Source: Eledone cirrhosa
Lineage: Eukaryota
DNA length: 64,000 nt
Direction of reading: 5' to 3'
NCBI GenBank assembly: GCA_964016885.1
Contig: OZ024742.1
Location: forward strand, 314,774,001-314,838,000
Shown piece after piece: positions 27,766-43,974 of the stretch. Position numbers and translations under genes: made by a program. Position 1 is the first letter of the stretch; every line of letters begins with the position of its first letter. The notes under the pieces were generated by a model, which searched no databases, was not told where the DNA came from, and saw only the letters and a program-made list of their open reading frames with translations.

Positions 27766-27806
27766 CGGTGCTGACGATAGCTAATAAGCTTGAAACTAGT
27801 TCATTG
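27766..27806 (+). ncRNA. Minimal type I hammerhead ribozyme (copy 2)
   Basis: CGGUG CUGACGA u AGCU aaua AGCU u GAAA CUAG UU^CAUUG. Confidence 0.78.
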
Positions 27807-28667
27807 TTCCTTTGTCAGTGTTCAACAAAAGGGCAACGATGGTTGCCGAACACTGTACGCCTTAATTCGGGCTGTTTGTTTACAAACAAACCGAACGTTA
27901 TAATAAATGTTCGGTAAATCCATACTTACATATATATGTGTGCATGTATGTATATATATACTACTGTACGTCTGTATACATATATGTATGTAGGTATACA
28001 TACTTATATTTAAAGATCACGAACACTTTCGCCTCAAACTAGTGTACAGTCGTAAAAAGAAAATATTAGCTGTATTAAAACAAAAAGAATTAAAATTAGA
28101 TTAATTCCAAGTAATTTGAAGCATTATGTTATTCACTCTTAAAACAAATAATTAATCTGGAATTCTGAATTTCATCATATATACGCATATAAACATATAT
28201 ATACACACATACACACAGGGTCTCTTTCTCTCTTTATTGTATACACACACACACACACATATATACATATATATATATATATATCAGTGTTGAACAAATG
28301 AGCAACGATGGTTGCTAGACACTGTACGGCTTAATTCGGGATGTTTGTTTACTAACACACGAGCATTATAATAAATGTTCGGTGAATCCATACGTACATA
28401 TATATATGTGTGCAAGTATGTATATATATATATATACATACTACTGTTCGTCTGTATACATATATGTATGTAGGTATACATACTTATATTTAAGTATCAG
28501 CCGTACTAAGAATGAGGAATGAAATTTCATTTCATTCTTTTCCATTTATCGTTTTCGGTACGCCCGGCCGACTAACTCACTCGATATGCAAATTAGGCTG
28601 CTCAGCCGTTAATATGCATAAGGAAAGTATTTACTTTCAAAAATCAATCATCTGACAGGAAGGTTTA

Positions 28668-28708
28668 CGGTGCTGACGATAGCTAATAAGCTTGAAACTA
28701 GTTCATCG
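28668..28708 (+). ncRNA. Minimal type I hammerhead ribozyme (copy 3)
   Basis: CGGUG CUGACGA u AGCU aaua AGCU u GAAA CUAG UU^CAUCG. Confidence 0.8.
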
Positions 28709-29032
28709 TTCCTTTGTCAGTGTTGAACAAAAGGGCAACGATTGTTGCTGAACACTGTACGGCTTATTTCGGGCTGTTTGTTTACAAACAAACAGAACAT
28801 TATAATAAATGTTCGGTAAACCCATACGTACATATATATATGTGTGCATGTATGTATATATATACATACTACTGTACGTCTGTATTTATATATGTATGTA
28901 CGTATACATACATATTTAAGTATCAGCCTTACTAAGAGTGAGACATGTAATTTCATTTCATTCTTTTTCATTTACATATATATATATATATATATATATA
29001 TGTTTATGTTCCTACGTTTATATATATATATA

Positions 29033-29099
29033 TATGTTTCACCTTGAACATCCACATAAGGTGAAACATTTGCTCTCGGTATGGTGAACTAACAGTTGT

Positions 29100-29148
<49 letters not shown>

Positions 29149-29242
29149 AACTGTTAGTTCACCATACCGAGATCAAATGTTTCACCTTATGTGGACGTTC
29201 AAGGTGAAACATTTGTTCTTGGTATGGTGAACTAACTGTTGT
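29033..29242. repeat. Short inverted copies of the 25460-25510 element end around (TA)n
   Basis: aaggtgaaacatttg(c/t)tct(c/t)ggtatggtgaactaac occurs in both orientations. Confidence 0.75.
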
Positions 29243-29325
29243 GGAAGGATGTGGATTTCTACTAATCTCATACCATGGACTGAGTGCTCTACTACTACGG
29301 AAATAACCCTCCAGTGTTCTACTAA

Positions 29326-29373
<48 letters not shown>

Positions 29374-29439
29374 CAAAGTCTAGAAAATAGAGAAAACGTT
29401 TTAAATATATTTCCAAAATTCTCTGTACTTACTAAATGT

Positions 29440-29521
29440 GCCTTTACCGCGGTTTCAAGTCCCAAAATAAACGGATAATCCAAGCGGAGATACATTGAGA
29501 AGTGTACTCTCTTCAGAAGGC
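29440..29521 (-). ncRNA. Type I hammerhead motif with long stem II/loop, in fold-back 29370-29785
   Basis: GCCUU CUGAAGA g AGU...ACU u GAAA CCGCGG UA^AAGGC. The opposite arm (29639-29720) has a mutated core, CTCTAGA. Confidence 0.65.
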
Positions 29522-29813
29522 TCTTCTCACTCTAGACAAAATTGTTTCTTTCATCATTCACGCTCATCTGGGAACAGTTTTGTATGGCGTCAGTTTGTGA
29601 TTTAAACTCGGGAATTTTATATTCTCTGAGCGAGAAGAGCCTTCTCTAGAGAGCCCCCTTCTCAATGGAAATCGGCTTGGATTATCCGCTTATCTTGGGA
29701 CTTGAAACCGCGGTAAAGGAACATATAGTAAGTACAGCGAATCTTTTGCAATTTATTTTAAAACTTTTTCTCTATTTGCTAGACCTATATATATATATAA
29801 ATATATATATATA

Positions 29814-29879
<66 letters not shown>

Positions 29880-29885
<6 letters not shown>

Positions 29886-30700
29886 AATCGCAGTTTCTGT
29901 CTGTTTATTTGTTTGTGAACCTAAAACTCAAAAACTACCCAACCGATCTTGAGGAAACTAACTGACACGTGTGTGGGGCTCATGTCCATTTGATTTCTTA
30001 CGTATATTTCATGTTAAACAAAGGGTTCCCCGGGGGTTCGAACCGCTACGGAAAACCCCCACTTAATTTTTTTCCCTTCGATTTATATGAAATTTAAATC
30101 ATATGTAAATGACAGGATATGATGCCTATTCACAAAATTCCAGCAAATTTCAATAATATTAAGACACCCTAATGGGTGTTAAACTCCCTATAGTAATTTT
30201 GGTCAATAAATGGAACAAGATTTCACGAACTCCTCCTGTGGTTTTGGAGATAGACCCCATAACCATATATATTCTGAAACTACATTGCCCTGTGTACTTG
30301 TATAAGTATATTTCATTTTAATCAAATGCTTACCAAGGGGTACAAACCACCCGCTGAAAATATTTTCCCTTCGATTTATATGAAATGTAAACCATAGGTA
30401 AATGTGAAGATATGAGGTCTATTCATAAAGTTTCAGTAAATTCCAATAATATTAAGACGCCCAAATGGGGGTTCTATTTTTGTCCTTATAGCAATACTCA
30501 ACTTCTCTGAAAAACATCTTTTCGCCTGACCAATGCAATCAACAATATTTGTTCGTATTATTGTTTCGTAAATGAATTTGTCTTCGTTTTTGATTGTCTG
30601 TCCTATATTTTGATTTCATTTTTGGTCTGAGAGGCATTGGACATTTTAATGGGAACTGAGAATACCCATGCTCCCAGGTATTACCGGGTACCTCAGCTAG
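29880..30700 (+). mobile_element. Non-autonomous Helitron-like element
   Basis: 3' subterminal hairpin cccaggtattaccggg then CTAG|T at 30697-30701. 5' has a tctgtctgtttatttgtttgt tract, and there is an internal ~295-bp direct repeat. Confidence 0.6.
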
Positions 30701-30816
30701 TATATATATATATGTGAAATGATGAATTAATTCCTCATGATTATACCACAGCATCATTTATTTGTCACTTGCATATCGAGATTAAAAATCGTCGTATTAT
30801 TTCTATCAATTTTTAG

Positions 30817-31030
30817 AGTGGTAGGTTGGCAGTATCAGTAGAGCGTCGGACATGGTTTGCGGCATATAGTTATAGCCTTTAACGTTCTGAGCTCAAATAG
30901 CGCCAACGTTGTTTTGCCTTTCATCCTTCCCGGGTCGATAAAATAATGCACCTGTAGCGCACTGGAGTCGACTTAATCGACTTTCAACTTCCCTTCAAAT
31001 TGCTGACGATGTGCCAAATGTAGAACAAGT
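30817..31030 (+). mobile_element. SINE family A
   Basis: tggcagtatcagtagag head and gcctttcatccttcccgggtcgataaa body. Confidence 0.75.
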
Positions 31031-31542
31031 ATCACTGTTTATCTCTTTAGTACAGGGAACAAGCAAACTAGAAAAAATTGAATGGGCAATTATGTTTTTC
31101 ATTCATAATGAATCAAAAGGCTTTAAAGAAAAATTCGAGAGAACAATTTATTCACAATCAAGTGGGAAGACGATCAGCTATCAATATTGACGATTGCCAT
31201 ACTCAATGGAAAATAATCAAATTATTCGGTTTTTGCGTCGAATGAATAAGTTGATGACATATTATCATATCTTGGAGATTTTTAATATAGAATCCAAGTG
31301 AATTTAAACTTCATATATATATATATGAAAGTTAGTAAAATCGAAGTTTGGCCGTGGCCAAGCTAACGTGATATAATTAGGTTTGTGCAAAGCACTCGAT
31401 AAGGGTATATCACCTTAGAGTAATTAACATAAGTTACATAGCGTGACAAATTGAAAACTGCGGCAAGTGGGCCTAGCCACATAATACACCAAATCAACGA
31501 AAATACATTCAGGTTTGATAACAAACCTATATATATAAATAA

Positions 31543-31623
<81 letters not shown>

Positions 31624-32341
31624 GGTTTGTTATCAAGGTTTGAGGAATATCAACTGGTGAAGCATGCTATTTTATTTGATCTCTGCCACGATCCTTCAAT
31701 AAAGTCAGGTGGCAATAGACAAAATCACGACAAAAGTAAATTCTGTTATCATCCAGCGAATCTGCTATGTAACTATTCAAAAGTCAAGATTGCGTAAATT
31801 TAGTGACATGTGACAAAGTGAACAGCAAGTGTATGTATTTATAGAGACATGGTTTGTATTTCTTTATAAATATATTTTATTTATTTATTCGCATTTGCTC
31901 TGTTGTTTTCTTCGAACCAAACTAAAGTATAACGAACATATCACAGATGAAACACAAGTGTATGGAGAAAACATATTTGTATTATTATGAAATACTAAAC
32001 ATGATTGAATAAACTATACGTTAAACTCATAAACTACTATATACGCACAAGCATATAGACTACTTTATACAAATGCATACATATAAATATATACGCTTGT
32101 TGTTCCTTCTTTCCAATGACACATTCACTGATCAATATTCTCTCAATAATATGGTTATAGTATTATAGTAAAGAAACTGTCAATTTTATAGATATTGACA
32201 AAGGCACGTTTTCGAAGTTATCAGAAATCATACTTGCGCTTTTCAGAGATGACCGTCCATTTCAAAATGGATAGTTAGCTATGACAATAATTAGTTTGAT
32301 AATAATGTCAACTTTTTTAATGTGATACTAATACCATGTAC

Positions 32342-32432
<91 letters not shown>

Positions 32433-32559
32433 TCTCACGAGTAATGAAGAGTAGGAGATCGCATTTACATGCAAGAGTTATTGGAGCTCGCGCAATATTG
32501 CACCAGCATTTAGTCACTAGGGGAGGTGGGTTGATCTATAATCCAAACTCGCTATCTTC

Positions 32560-32970
32560 AATTTGGCGTTCAGGACTACTGGTTATGAATCTTGGGTAAT
32601 AACCAAATGAATATGATCACGAATGCAGGTGGCTGAAATGGGGTTCCTCAGAATGGTCTTTGGGGCAACGTTACTCGATAGGGTGCATAACTCAAGAAAA
32701 CGTTCCTGGCAGAACCGCTAGTGTTCCAAATCGAGAGATCACAGCTCCAAACTAGGGGCATGTAGTTAGAATGTTTAAGAGAATTGCAGGAGAGATTCTT
32801 CGGACAAAGCCAACAGGCTAGACTAGAAACAAGATTGTTGTGTAACATACATAAGCTCGGGTGGTCTTACTTGTGGATCCACTTGGGTCACTTAAAGGGG
32901 CTTACTCGTGATAGGACTCTCTGGAAGACGAGGCAGACAACTCTGCTGCCACGACGCTCAAAGAAATAAA
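32560..32970 (+). mobile_element. LINE 3' fragment (RTE-like)
   Basis: RMQVAEMGFLR motif followed by a degenerate C-terminus. Confidence 0.55.
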
Positions 32971-32993
32971 TGTGCAAAGTAGAAGACCGGTAG

Positions 32994-33031
<38 letters not shown>

Positions 33032-33067
33032 ACACACACACACATACACACACACACACATCCACAC

Positions 33068-33153
<86 letters not shown>

Positions 33154-33257
33154 AGTTGTATAATAGGTTTTGCCACGAGCTGAACGATAGTGAAACATAT
33201 GTAATATGTTATTAACTATGTTATGATGCAACACTGAATCCTTGTTCCTTATCCATA

Positions 33258-33342
<85 letters not shown>

Positions 33343-34021
33343 ATATATAAATGCCGGTGTCCCAGCATGGTTTCATCCTGGTGGCTGGAACAGAGTAATG
33401 GAGTAATATAGATAGAGGAAAGAGAGCGTTCGTGTGTGATCTACTTTGCCTAGAATACATTCGTCATTTTCTGTATTTTCCTCCTTAAATTGATAAAATA
33501 CCAAAATATATTACTTTTCTTCTTGTATTATATTCACGCCATAATATCAACTTCACTTTTAAACATGAACGAATTGGCGTTTGGTTCATTATATTTTACA
33601 TTGTGTTCTCCTTTTCACACGATTTTATGGAGAATTTGAATTCGAAAGCAAATACTGCCCTATGATATATTTTCCTGATTTTCCAATACATTTTCTTATT
33701 TATTTATTTTTCAATCTCTCAAATTATTTTAGCCAGTTTTACCGTGTATAATAGCGAGTTTAAGCATTGAAGTTATTGATTTTTTTAAACATGTAATCAG
33801 TTATTTAGAGAAAAAAAGATTTATATGAAATTCCTTTAGTTTTGTTTCTCACCAATTACAATCAAATACATTATTCAATAGATTATATTTGCAATTTAAA
33901 TCGGAAGACGTTCATTCACAATACTATATTAGGGTCATTTGAGAACACATTGCATCAGCATTTAAGCTAATGAGTACGTCTATTTATAGACAGGATGTTT
34001 ATGAATATACCTAACTAGAAA

Positions 34022-34190
34022 TAGAGTTTCTACTTTTGGCACAAGACCAGCGATTACCCCAGTGCACCACTGATACTTTATTTTATCGACTTCGTAAGGA
34101 TGAAAGGCAAAGTTAACCTCGGCGGATTTGAACTCAGAACGCAAAGGGCCATAACTATGCTGCAAAACATGGTGTCTGACGCTCTACCTA
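34022..34190 (-). mobile_element. SINE family A
   Basis: Reverse complement of the 6995-7187 family. Confidence 0.8.
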
Positions 34191-36023
34191 TTCAAAGATA
34201 AATGATCAGTCATCCGGACAATGTATTTACATTATTGGATCATGTCTTTTCACTTCAGAAATCAGCATGTCAGAAAAATGACTGTAGTTCTATATCAATT
34301 ATATTCATTCTGTTGTCATCTAATATTGTGCATTGCAGTTTGCTTTTCGAAACATTCATATCAGACACAATTTTCATAAGCATTTAATCTATACGTCGCC
34401 AATTTGTGTCGATTATCATCAGCATATATTTACCATAGTTTGTTTACTGTTGGTGCTAAATTTTTAGAGCTAGTCTGTCCAGAATATACTTGCGTGGAAA
34501 GCTCTCGATAGTTTCTTCTCATTCTGCAGTCAAAAATACTTTTCACAGCAGGCTGAACTTTTGCAACACTTTTTCTACAATTCTGGAAAATCCTTGGTTT
34601 TTTTTTCCTCTTAGTATTTGGTCAGTTTCTTTGATATTACTACAGTTAAATATTTGTAAGATGTATGAAGACAGGTTATATGTCTGCAGTTTTGGTGTTT
34701 TACCGTGCTTATATTTTTCGGAATAAGAATGTTTTTCTCCCTTTGGGAGTCAGTCACGTGTTCTTTCGGTCTCTAACACCAAGTAATTAAACCTTTCTGC
34801 AATAACCCCAGGTGCCCATGTTTAATGCTTCAAGCGGGCGTTTAGAATATCGTCATGCCGTTTGCTGTTCAGTATTTGTTTTTGTTTTTTCAGTGTGTTC
34901 GACACATCTTTTGTTGTGATGTCTGCACATCCTTTCATCGTTCTATGATCACCAGGCGCGTTCGGTAAAGCTAGTAAATACGTGTTATAAAATTAGAAAT
35001 CTTCGTATTTTTTACACGCAGCCGTAATTCAAAAATGCATACGTCAATTGCATACGTCAATTACATACGTCAATTGCAGGCACACGTAATAGTAATTGTG
35101 GTACTTGATTGTATTTGTAATCATACGCACAATTATAATATCATGGACACATATACATATGCATATATACGCATGTCTCTATACAAACAGGGCGCAAGTA
35201 CAATATCCATGCAATGACTGAATCTACAAAACACTACACAACATCGAAATAGATTCATGTATCATGTAATATATCTATCATCAAGAGACTGTTAGCGTAT
35301 CTAAATAAAACGCCCATCTCCTTTGCATGAAGTTGGATAACAAACAGTTGAAAATACTGTTGCGGCAGACTCTCACCATGGTCTTGATAGCGGAATGCAG
35401 AAAATACTCTCAAAGATCATGCTGAAAGTCCTCCACGACACTTATATTGCAGGCTTTGCGAGGTTATTTCAACATGTTAGAGAAATAGTAAACACAAGCA
35501 ACAGAAACAACAAAATCTACAATCACAATAAGAACATAAGCAGCCAAAAGAAAAGTTCAACAACATCATCAAAAGCGATAAAAACATAAGATAGACAAAA
35601 ATAACAGAATTTAGATCTGATTCGCAAATACATCAAACACAAACTATCAACATCACAATGAGGTATAAACAATGAATTCACACCTTTCGCAAACATAATC
35701 GCAATCAGATGTTCTTCTTCAGTGTAGAAAATACGAATATGTTTGATATAAAATGAAGTAGATATGGTTATATAAGTATGAAAGAATGGAAATAGATATT
35801 AGAAAGAAGATACCTTGTAAAATCAGAAAGAAGATATTAGAAAGAAGATACCTTGTAATGGGTCTTCACATATAGGACCACATTTTTCTATTATTTGAAT
35901 TATTTTACATAAGTATATTGACATATGTATATTGACATATGCATGTATGTATTTTTTTGGAAATCAGTATATATGGAACTTCAAAATAATCAATCAACAT
36001 TAATAAAAAATCTCTCTCACCCA

Positions 36024-36155
<132 letters not shown>

Positions 36156-36169
36156 CATCCTCAACAACA

Positions 36170-37030
36170 TTGTCCTCGACTCTACATCCGCATTTCCACG
36201 TTTGCGTGAATTGAACGTGCCCTATTCAAAACAGCATCAATAATCGTCGCGTTCCTCCGTCTTCTCTGTGAGTTACACCTATTTGGGATCAGCTCTGACC
36301 ATCTCACTCCAGGTTCTCCTTGGTCTACCCCTACTGCACCTTCCTGACACTTCTTTACCCAGCAGTCATTGTCCATGCATATCACATGTCCATACCATCG
36401 CACTCTTCTCTCTTGAACACTACAATCTGATGCTTTCTCAGTTCATCCAAACTTTGTCCTTCTCCCACCTTAACACTGGACATCCATCGAATCATGGTTT
36501 CTTCATTTATTTCCAGCCTACGCATGTCTCTTCAGTGACTGCCCTTGTTTCAATACCATGCAACATCGCTCTTCGCACACAGGCGTCATATAGTCACTCG
36601 CTTTTGGTAAGGAACAATCTTTGTTTATCAACAAAGAGAGTAGGTCTCAAGAATTTTTATTTTTATTCTAGCTATTATACTTTCGGAGCACCCTCCCCCA
36701 CTACTAATTAAATTACCTAGGTAGCAGAAGCTATCAACCCCTTCAATGGATCCTCAATGTTATTGGAAAAAGTTTGTATCACTGGGGCTCGTCCTCAGCT
36801 TCTTTGAAGATGTTTTCCAAGGTAGATATGTCATCTGCGTAAGCAATTTCAGGTAGAAGCTCCTACGAATGTTGCGTATTTTGTCCACTTATCAGCATTA
36901 TTCGATCTACTGGTACAATGGCATTACGCAGTGCATATTCAAGAAATATCACAAACATGAAAGAGGCCAGAGGATCTCCATCGAGGGCTCTGATATTAAT
37001 GAAGAGTAGGCCTGAGTTTCCCGTCTTTTT
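36170..37030 (-). mobile_element. RTE-type LINE RT/3' fragments
   Basis: RWYGHVICMDNDCWVKKC, GDPLASFMFVIFLEYALRNAI and an AYADD-like motif. Confidence 0.65.
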
Positions 37031-37886
37031 TACATCATAAGGCATAGGAGGCTCGTATTAACTGGACATTAAATGTCACGATGAACCTGCTGCTAGAGTT
37101 CTTTTCTGGAAAGTTGATGTGTGCAGATGAGTTAGGTGACCAACCACAACGATTAAGGATGTTCTTGAAGATGACACAGCGTTGGAAGAAATATAATGCA
37201 GACGGTAATGTAGGATAGGATGAGCTGGAGAAGGAATTCATCATCTCACCGGTAACGGATGTATAGAAGAAGAACTAAGGTAAAATATTTTCGATGTAAG
37301 GAGTTATGGTAAACTATATATTGTCGTACATAGGTATGTGATTACAATGTGGATGCAAGCGCATACGTGTATACTAAAATATAGAAGATATGTTATATGT
37401 AATATATATATATGAAAAATATAAAAAAACTTATTATGTTTGGTAGTTCGTGACTACCACATCATGGTCTATATTATCCGCATACTGTTCATACTATCCA
37501 TTAGAATACGATGTTGGGCCGTAATATAAGAAATTTCATTTACTTTATATTTACAAGTCGACATTGCCTGAGATCGTTTGTGTAAAATACATCCATTGAC
37601 GTAAAGGATTTCCAATGCTTCAGCAACAGAAAGATCACAAGGTCATTTATTGGCATTATAGAATCAAGCTTTAGTTAGGATTTCTCAATTTAACCTATAT
37701 CGGATGTATTTTGTATTTTAGACTCCAGATATTTGATCATTGTTTCAGTGAAATATGCGTATACGGATTGATATATCATATTATTTTCACAAAATCCCGC
37801 TTTAGAAATTATTAAAGCAGAAATTGTGATTAAACCTTTAATATGTTAATAAAAGATATTTGATCAACGGTTTTATATATATACTT

Positions 37887-37960
<74 letters not shown>

Positions 37961-38074
37961 ATAATAATAAATTTGAAGACTAAAATCCAAAGAGGGCTCG
38001 ATAAGAATAAATATATATCAAATATATAAGAACCCTAGGTCAAATATTTATTAATATAACAGATTAAACTTATA

Positions 38075-38205
38075 AATATTTATTAATATAACAGATTAAA
38101 GCAAAGAATCGTTGCTTTCACTCTTAACGGGATCTTCAGAAGATCCCGTTAAGTGTGAAAGCAGGGATTCTTTGCTTAAACTTGAATCTGTTATTTTAAT
38201 AAATA
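38075..38205. repeat. Fold-back with axis at gatcttcagaagatc (HHR-core-like CTGAAGA at the axis)
   Basis: Reverse-complement arms; the right arm ends in (TA)n. Confidence 0.75.
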
Positions 38206-38230
38206 AATATATATATATAAATATATATAT

Positions 38231-38316
<86 letters not shown>

Positions 38317-38354
38317 CTGTGTGTGTGTGTGTGTATGTGTGTGTGTGTGTGTGT

Positions 38355-38389
<35 letters not shown>

Positions 38390-39667
38390 TAATGGCCGGG
38401 TAGTGTTGCCAATATAAAAAGGTTGCACATTTCTATGATATCAGGCTTTCTTTTGCCACTAAATTTCCAGCGAGAAATAACAAATGAGGATAATATATTC
38501 ATTCAGAAATTTTAGTGAAACATTTCTAAGGATTAGTTCGTCCATTTTAAATTAGCCTGGTTACATAGCGTTACACCTTTACTGATAAAAGCGTAAGAAC
38601 AATTTCTTTGAAGATAAATGGATTGTGTTACATTTAAGACAGAACTGGCAATATTTAGATGTTCAATTACATTTTCAGACGAAAAGAATAATCCAAGCAC
38701 CTTAGGCCATAGCTAAGCATTTAAGATAGAGTAAAGTGGAAAAAGAAGAAAGAAAAACAGGCGACTTCCCAGAATAATTGTGGATAATTCGCTTATCTGA
38801 ATTTGCCATTAAAGGCCAATATGTGCCAGCGGTAATAAATGTAACTTACGATACAACTCAATATGATGATGTTTTAAAGATGCGACTTGATCCAAGATAA
38901 GATGCCTAGATTTTCTGATCCCCGATCTTGTGGAATGTCATGCAATAGAGTGGCGTCATCAAACAAGAGATCTGGCATAGATATCGCATTGAATGCGCTC
39001 ATGTGATTCTCATCCAGCTATTTCTCCGTTAAAGAACTACTTGCCCCTTTTGTCTGCACGGTATTGCGGCTAGACATGTTCTCTAGTCGATATTCTAATC
39101 CCAAATAATTCAGAGCACTTTTTCAGGGATCGCTTAGCCTAAGATTGAAATCTGTTGACGGGCCGGACATAAATCATTCACGATTGGGTGTTGCCGAACC
39201 CTAGTCTAAAACCTGATATCTATAAACGACACTTAATGTACATTTAATAGACATTTAATGGACTCGAGATCACCATTCACTGATATGCAGAAAACAAAGT
39301 AAAAACAGAACTTATATATAAGGATCAAAAGATCAAAATCAATGACAGTACGAATGAAAATGAATCGAACATTCATTAGGTCACGGAATAGTGTTTTCTT
39401 GAGGTGGGGTTAACTTGCTTTTTATTTCCCTGTTTCGTTATCTTGAATATTTTATTATTTTTTTATGGGACTGGTAATTTGTTAATTTTGGTTCGTCTCA
39501 AGATTTTGTATGTGTATTTGGATTGTTGTACCAATTTGATTCTATTTTAGCCACACCATCTTTAGATCCTTTTGGTTTTTAATTTGGATTCATTGCAGTG
39601 TTTCTCTTTACTTCCTTAATGTCATCTCCATCTTTCGATCAACACACACCCGCGCTCAGCACACACA

Positions 39668-39721
<54 letters not shown>

Positions 39722-39725
<4 letters not shown>

Positions 39726-39932
39726 AAAAAGAGATGAAATCGAAAATGCAACTGGAGTCTTATTTTTTTTTTAAATATATATATTTATTTGGTTCCTAAG
39801 GAACCAAATAAATATATATATTTAAAAAGAAAATAAGACTCCAGTTGCATTTTCGATTTCATCTCTTTTTCTTTATACTTTCACTCGTGTAGGACACCTC
39901 GGGTATTTTTCATTTTGTAAAAAAAACCTCAC

Positions 39933-39935
<3 letters not shown>
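39722..39935. repeat. Fold-back element between (TA)n tracts; same family at 59755-60050
   Basis: Axis ggttcctaaggaacc; shared gatgaaatcgaaaat(g/t)caactggagtcttatt. Confidence 0.8.
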
Positions 39936-39977
<42 letters not shown>

Positions 39978-39989
39978 CTTGATCAACTT

Positions 39990-40207
39990 GACTGACCAGT
40001 CTGTCAGGCGCCAATCGACGCCGCTGGTCACAGTACGCCGTGCTGTTTTACCCATAAAATAACGCCATCCCACTGGCTGGGCGGGCAGGCTGGTACTCAT
40101 TGCTACACCTGAGTAAACTGGAGCCAAGTGAAATAAAGTGTCTTGCTCAAGGAAACAACACATTACTCCGTCCGAGAATTGAACTCACAACCTTTCGATT
40201 ACAAGCC

Positions 40208-40210
<3 letters not shown>
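39990..40210 (-). mobile_element. tRNA-derived SINE family B
   Basis: Reverse complement of the 62958-63100 family (gtgtcttgctcaaggaaacaacac, gaattgaactcacaacc). Confidence 0.75.
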
Positions 40211-40301
<91 letters not shown>

Positions 40302-40309
40302 GTGTGTAC

Positions 40310-41775
<1,466 letters not shown>

Positions 41776-42064
41776 TATATATATATATCAAAAATTAAGA
41801 TAAATCAAAATGAATTTAATCTAAATCAAAATTATGGGTGCGAAAATCCAAGTATCGGCATCCGTGGTTTACCATTCGATTAATTGGTGAAATATATTTC
41901 TTTAATGGAATATATACAGGGAAGATTAATCATATTATATATTTTTGAAGTTCTAGTTAACTTTATTTAGTTACCTACCTAGCTATGTGTGCTTACACAC
42001 TTGTAAAGATTATCTCCTGTGATTGTTTCATGTGTTTATTTATATGCTAATCAATTTCTAGTTG

Positions 42065-42128
<64 letters not shown>

Positions 42129-43159
42129 TTTACTTAAGGTAAATATTGATGCAATTCAATTCAAGCACTCAACGTACTTATTCCACATAGGAGTGACGGA
42201 GTAAATATCGAAAAGGAAAAGCGAAGTACTTTCAGATGTTCAAGTCCTTTAATAATAATGCTGTGATATATATTTCAATGGCGACAGTGCCCACACTGTT
42301 GCGTGCGCCAGTGCTGCGACATCGTCAGACAGCTTGTTAGATAATAAGGTTATGTTTCCGAGGCAATCCAAATTGAATCGACATGGGATCGGACGATGTG
42401 TGTGCTCTTGGGTTCTTCATAGGTTCCCTTGTGAGTACCAATTCACCCCCACCGGTCTGCGCAGGCGCAGGTCCGAAGGAAGTTAACCATTAGCTACCGC
42501 AGAGTTCAACGAAATTCGCCTAGGCATCTCCCCCCTCTCAACCAAACAATGACCTATCCAGGCCTGTAATATATATCTTACTACTAGCCACCCCGCGTCA
42601 GTGGCAGACAGCCGAAGGCTAGTGGGGGTGGGAGAGTATGAGTATCAATAGGTCTCAATACTACCCCACATTAAGCATGGACAGTATAATTGACCATCAA
42701 CCTCTAAGAGAAAATATCCTTAATTCTAGGTATCATGGTTTCACAGTGGAAATTATGAATGAGAATTAGGAATTAAAACTAAAAATTAAAAATCGAAAAT
42801 CAGAAATCAAAAATTAAAATTTAAAAATTATAACATTTACAAGTGAGAAACTAGATTGAAGTGAGTAAAAAAATATGTGCATCTATACTATCTACTACGT
42901 AGGGAGATGTTTAAGTAAGAAGTTTTGAAAGGGTATTAATCTTACAGATATTATCTACATACTGAACGCTAGTACTGTACAGTAGAACGGAGGGTAAATT
43001 ACAGTATGAAAGGTACAGAGTTAGAATTTCCATCACATGGAACAAAACAAAAAAAAACACAGATATAAAATACACAAAAAAACACACAAAGGAGTGACGG
43101 AGTAAATATCGAATAAGGAAAAGCGAAGTAGTTTCAGATGTTCAAGTCCTTTAATAATA

Positions 43160-43339
43160 ATTGTTTCTACTTTAGGCACAAGGCCAGCAATCACCCAGTG
43201 CATTACTGGTACTTTATTTTATCGACCCGTAAGGATGAAAGGCAAAGTCAACCTCGGCGGGATTTGAACTCAGATCGTAAAGGGACGTAACTATGCTGGA
43301 AAGCATGGCGTAGGACCCTCTACCGATACTGCCAATCCA
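43160..43339 (-). mobile_element. SINE family A inserted into the HHR-bearing repeat
   Basis: Full SINE sequence flanked by aataat and absent from the 42190 copy. Confidence 0.85.
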
Positions 43340-43345
43340 AATAAT

Positions 43346-43419
43346 GCTGTGATATATATTTCAATGACGGCAGTGGCCACACTGTTGTGTGCGCCAGTGC
43401 CGCGACATCGTCAGACAGC
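43346..43419 (-). ncRNA. Type I hammerhead ribozyme, long stem II (second copy 42260-42333 -)
   Basis: GCUGU CUGACGA [ug..CGGCA c UGGC g CACAC aaca GUGUG GCCA c UGCCG uca..] GAAA UAUAUA UC^ACAGC. Confidence 0.8.
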
Positions 43420-43624
43420 TTGTTACATAATAAGGTTATGTTTCCGAGGCATTCCAAATTGAATCGACATGGGAACGGACGAAGTGTGTGCTTTTGGATT
43501 CTTCATCCGTTCCTCTGTGAGTACCAATTCACCCCCACCGGTCTGCGCATTATTATCACAGCATTATTATTATTAAAGGACTTGAACATCTGAAACTACT
43601 TCGCTTTTCCTTATTCTATATATA

Positions 43625-43723
<99 letters not shown>

Positions 43724-43974
43724 GAATAAGGAAAAGCGGAGTAGTTTCAGATGTTCAAGTCCTTTCATAATAATAATGCTGTGATAATAATGCGCAGACC
43801 GGTGGGGGTGAATTGGTACTCACAAAGGAACGGATGAAGAATCCAAGAGCACACACTTCGTCCGTTCCCATGTCGATTCAATTTGGATTGCCTCGGAAAC
43901 ATAACCTTATTATGTAACAAGCTGTCTGACGATGTCGCGGCACTGGTGCACTCACATGTCGCATCCTTTCGACA

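Larger units (their letters stand above)
25830..28975 (+). repeat. Interrupted tandem/inverted array of a ~420-435 bp HHR-bearing unit
   Basis: Unit start (t)cagtgttga(a/c)caaa at 26251, 26671, 27816, 28284 and 28717. An inverted copy at ~25830-26250 gives a hairpin axis near 26250. Confidence 0.85.
42190..43960. repeat. Direct and inverted copies of an HHR-bearing PLE-terminus family
   Basis: 42190-42463 ~ 43091-43548 (the latter interrupted by a SINE); an inverted copy lies at 43723-43950. Confidence 0.8.
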
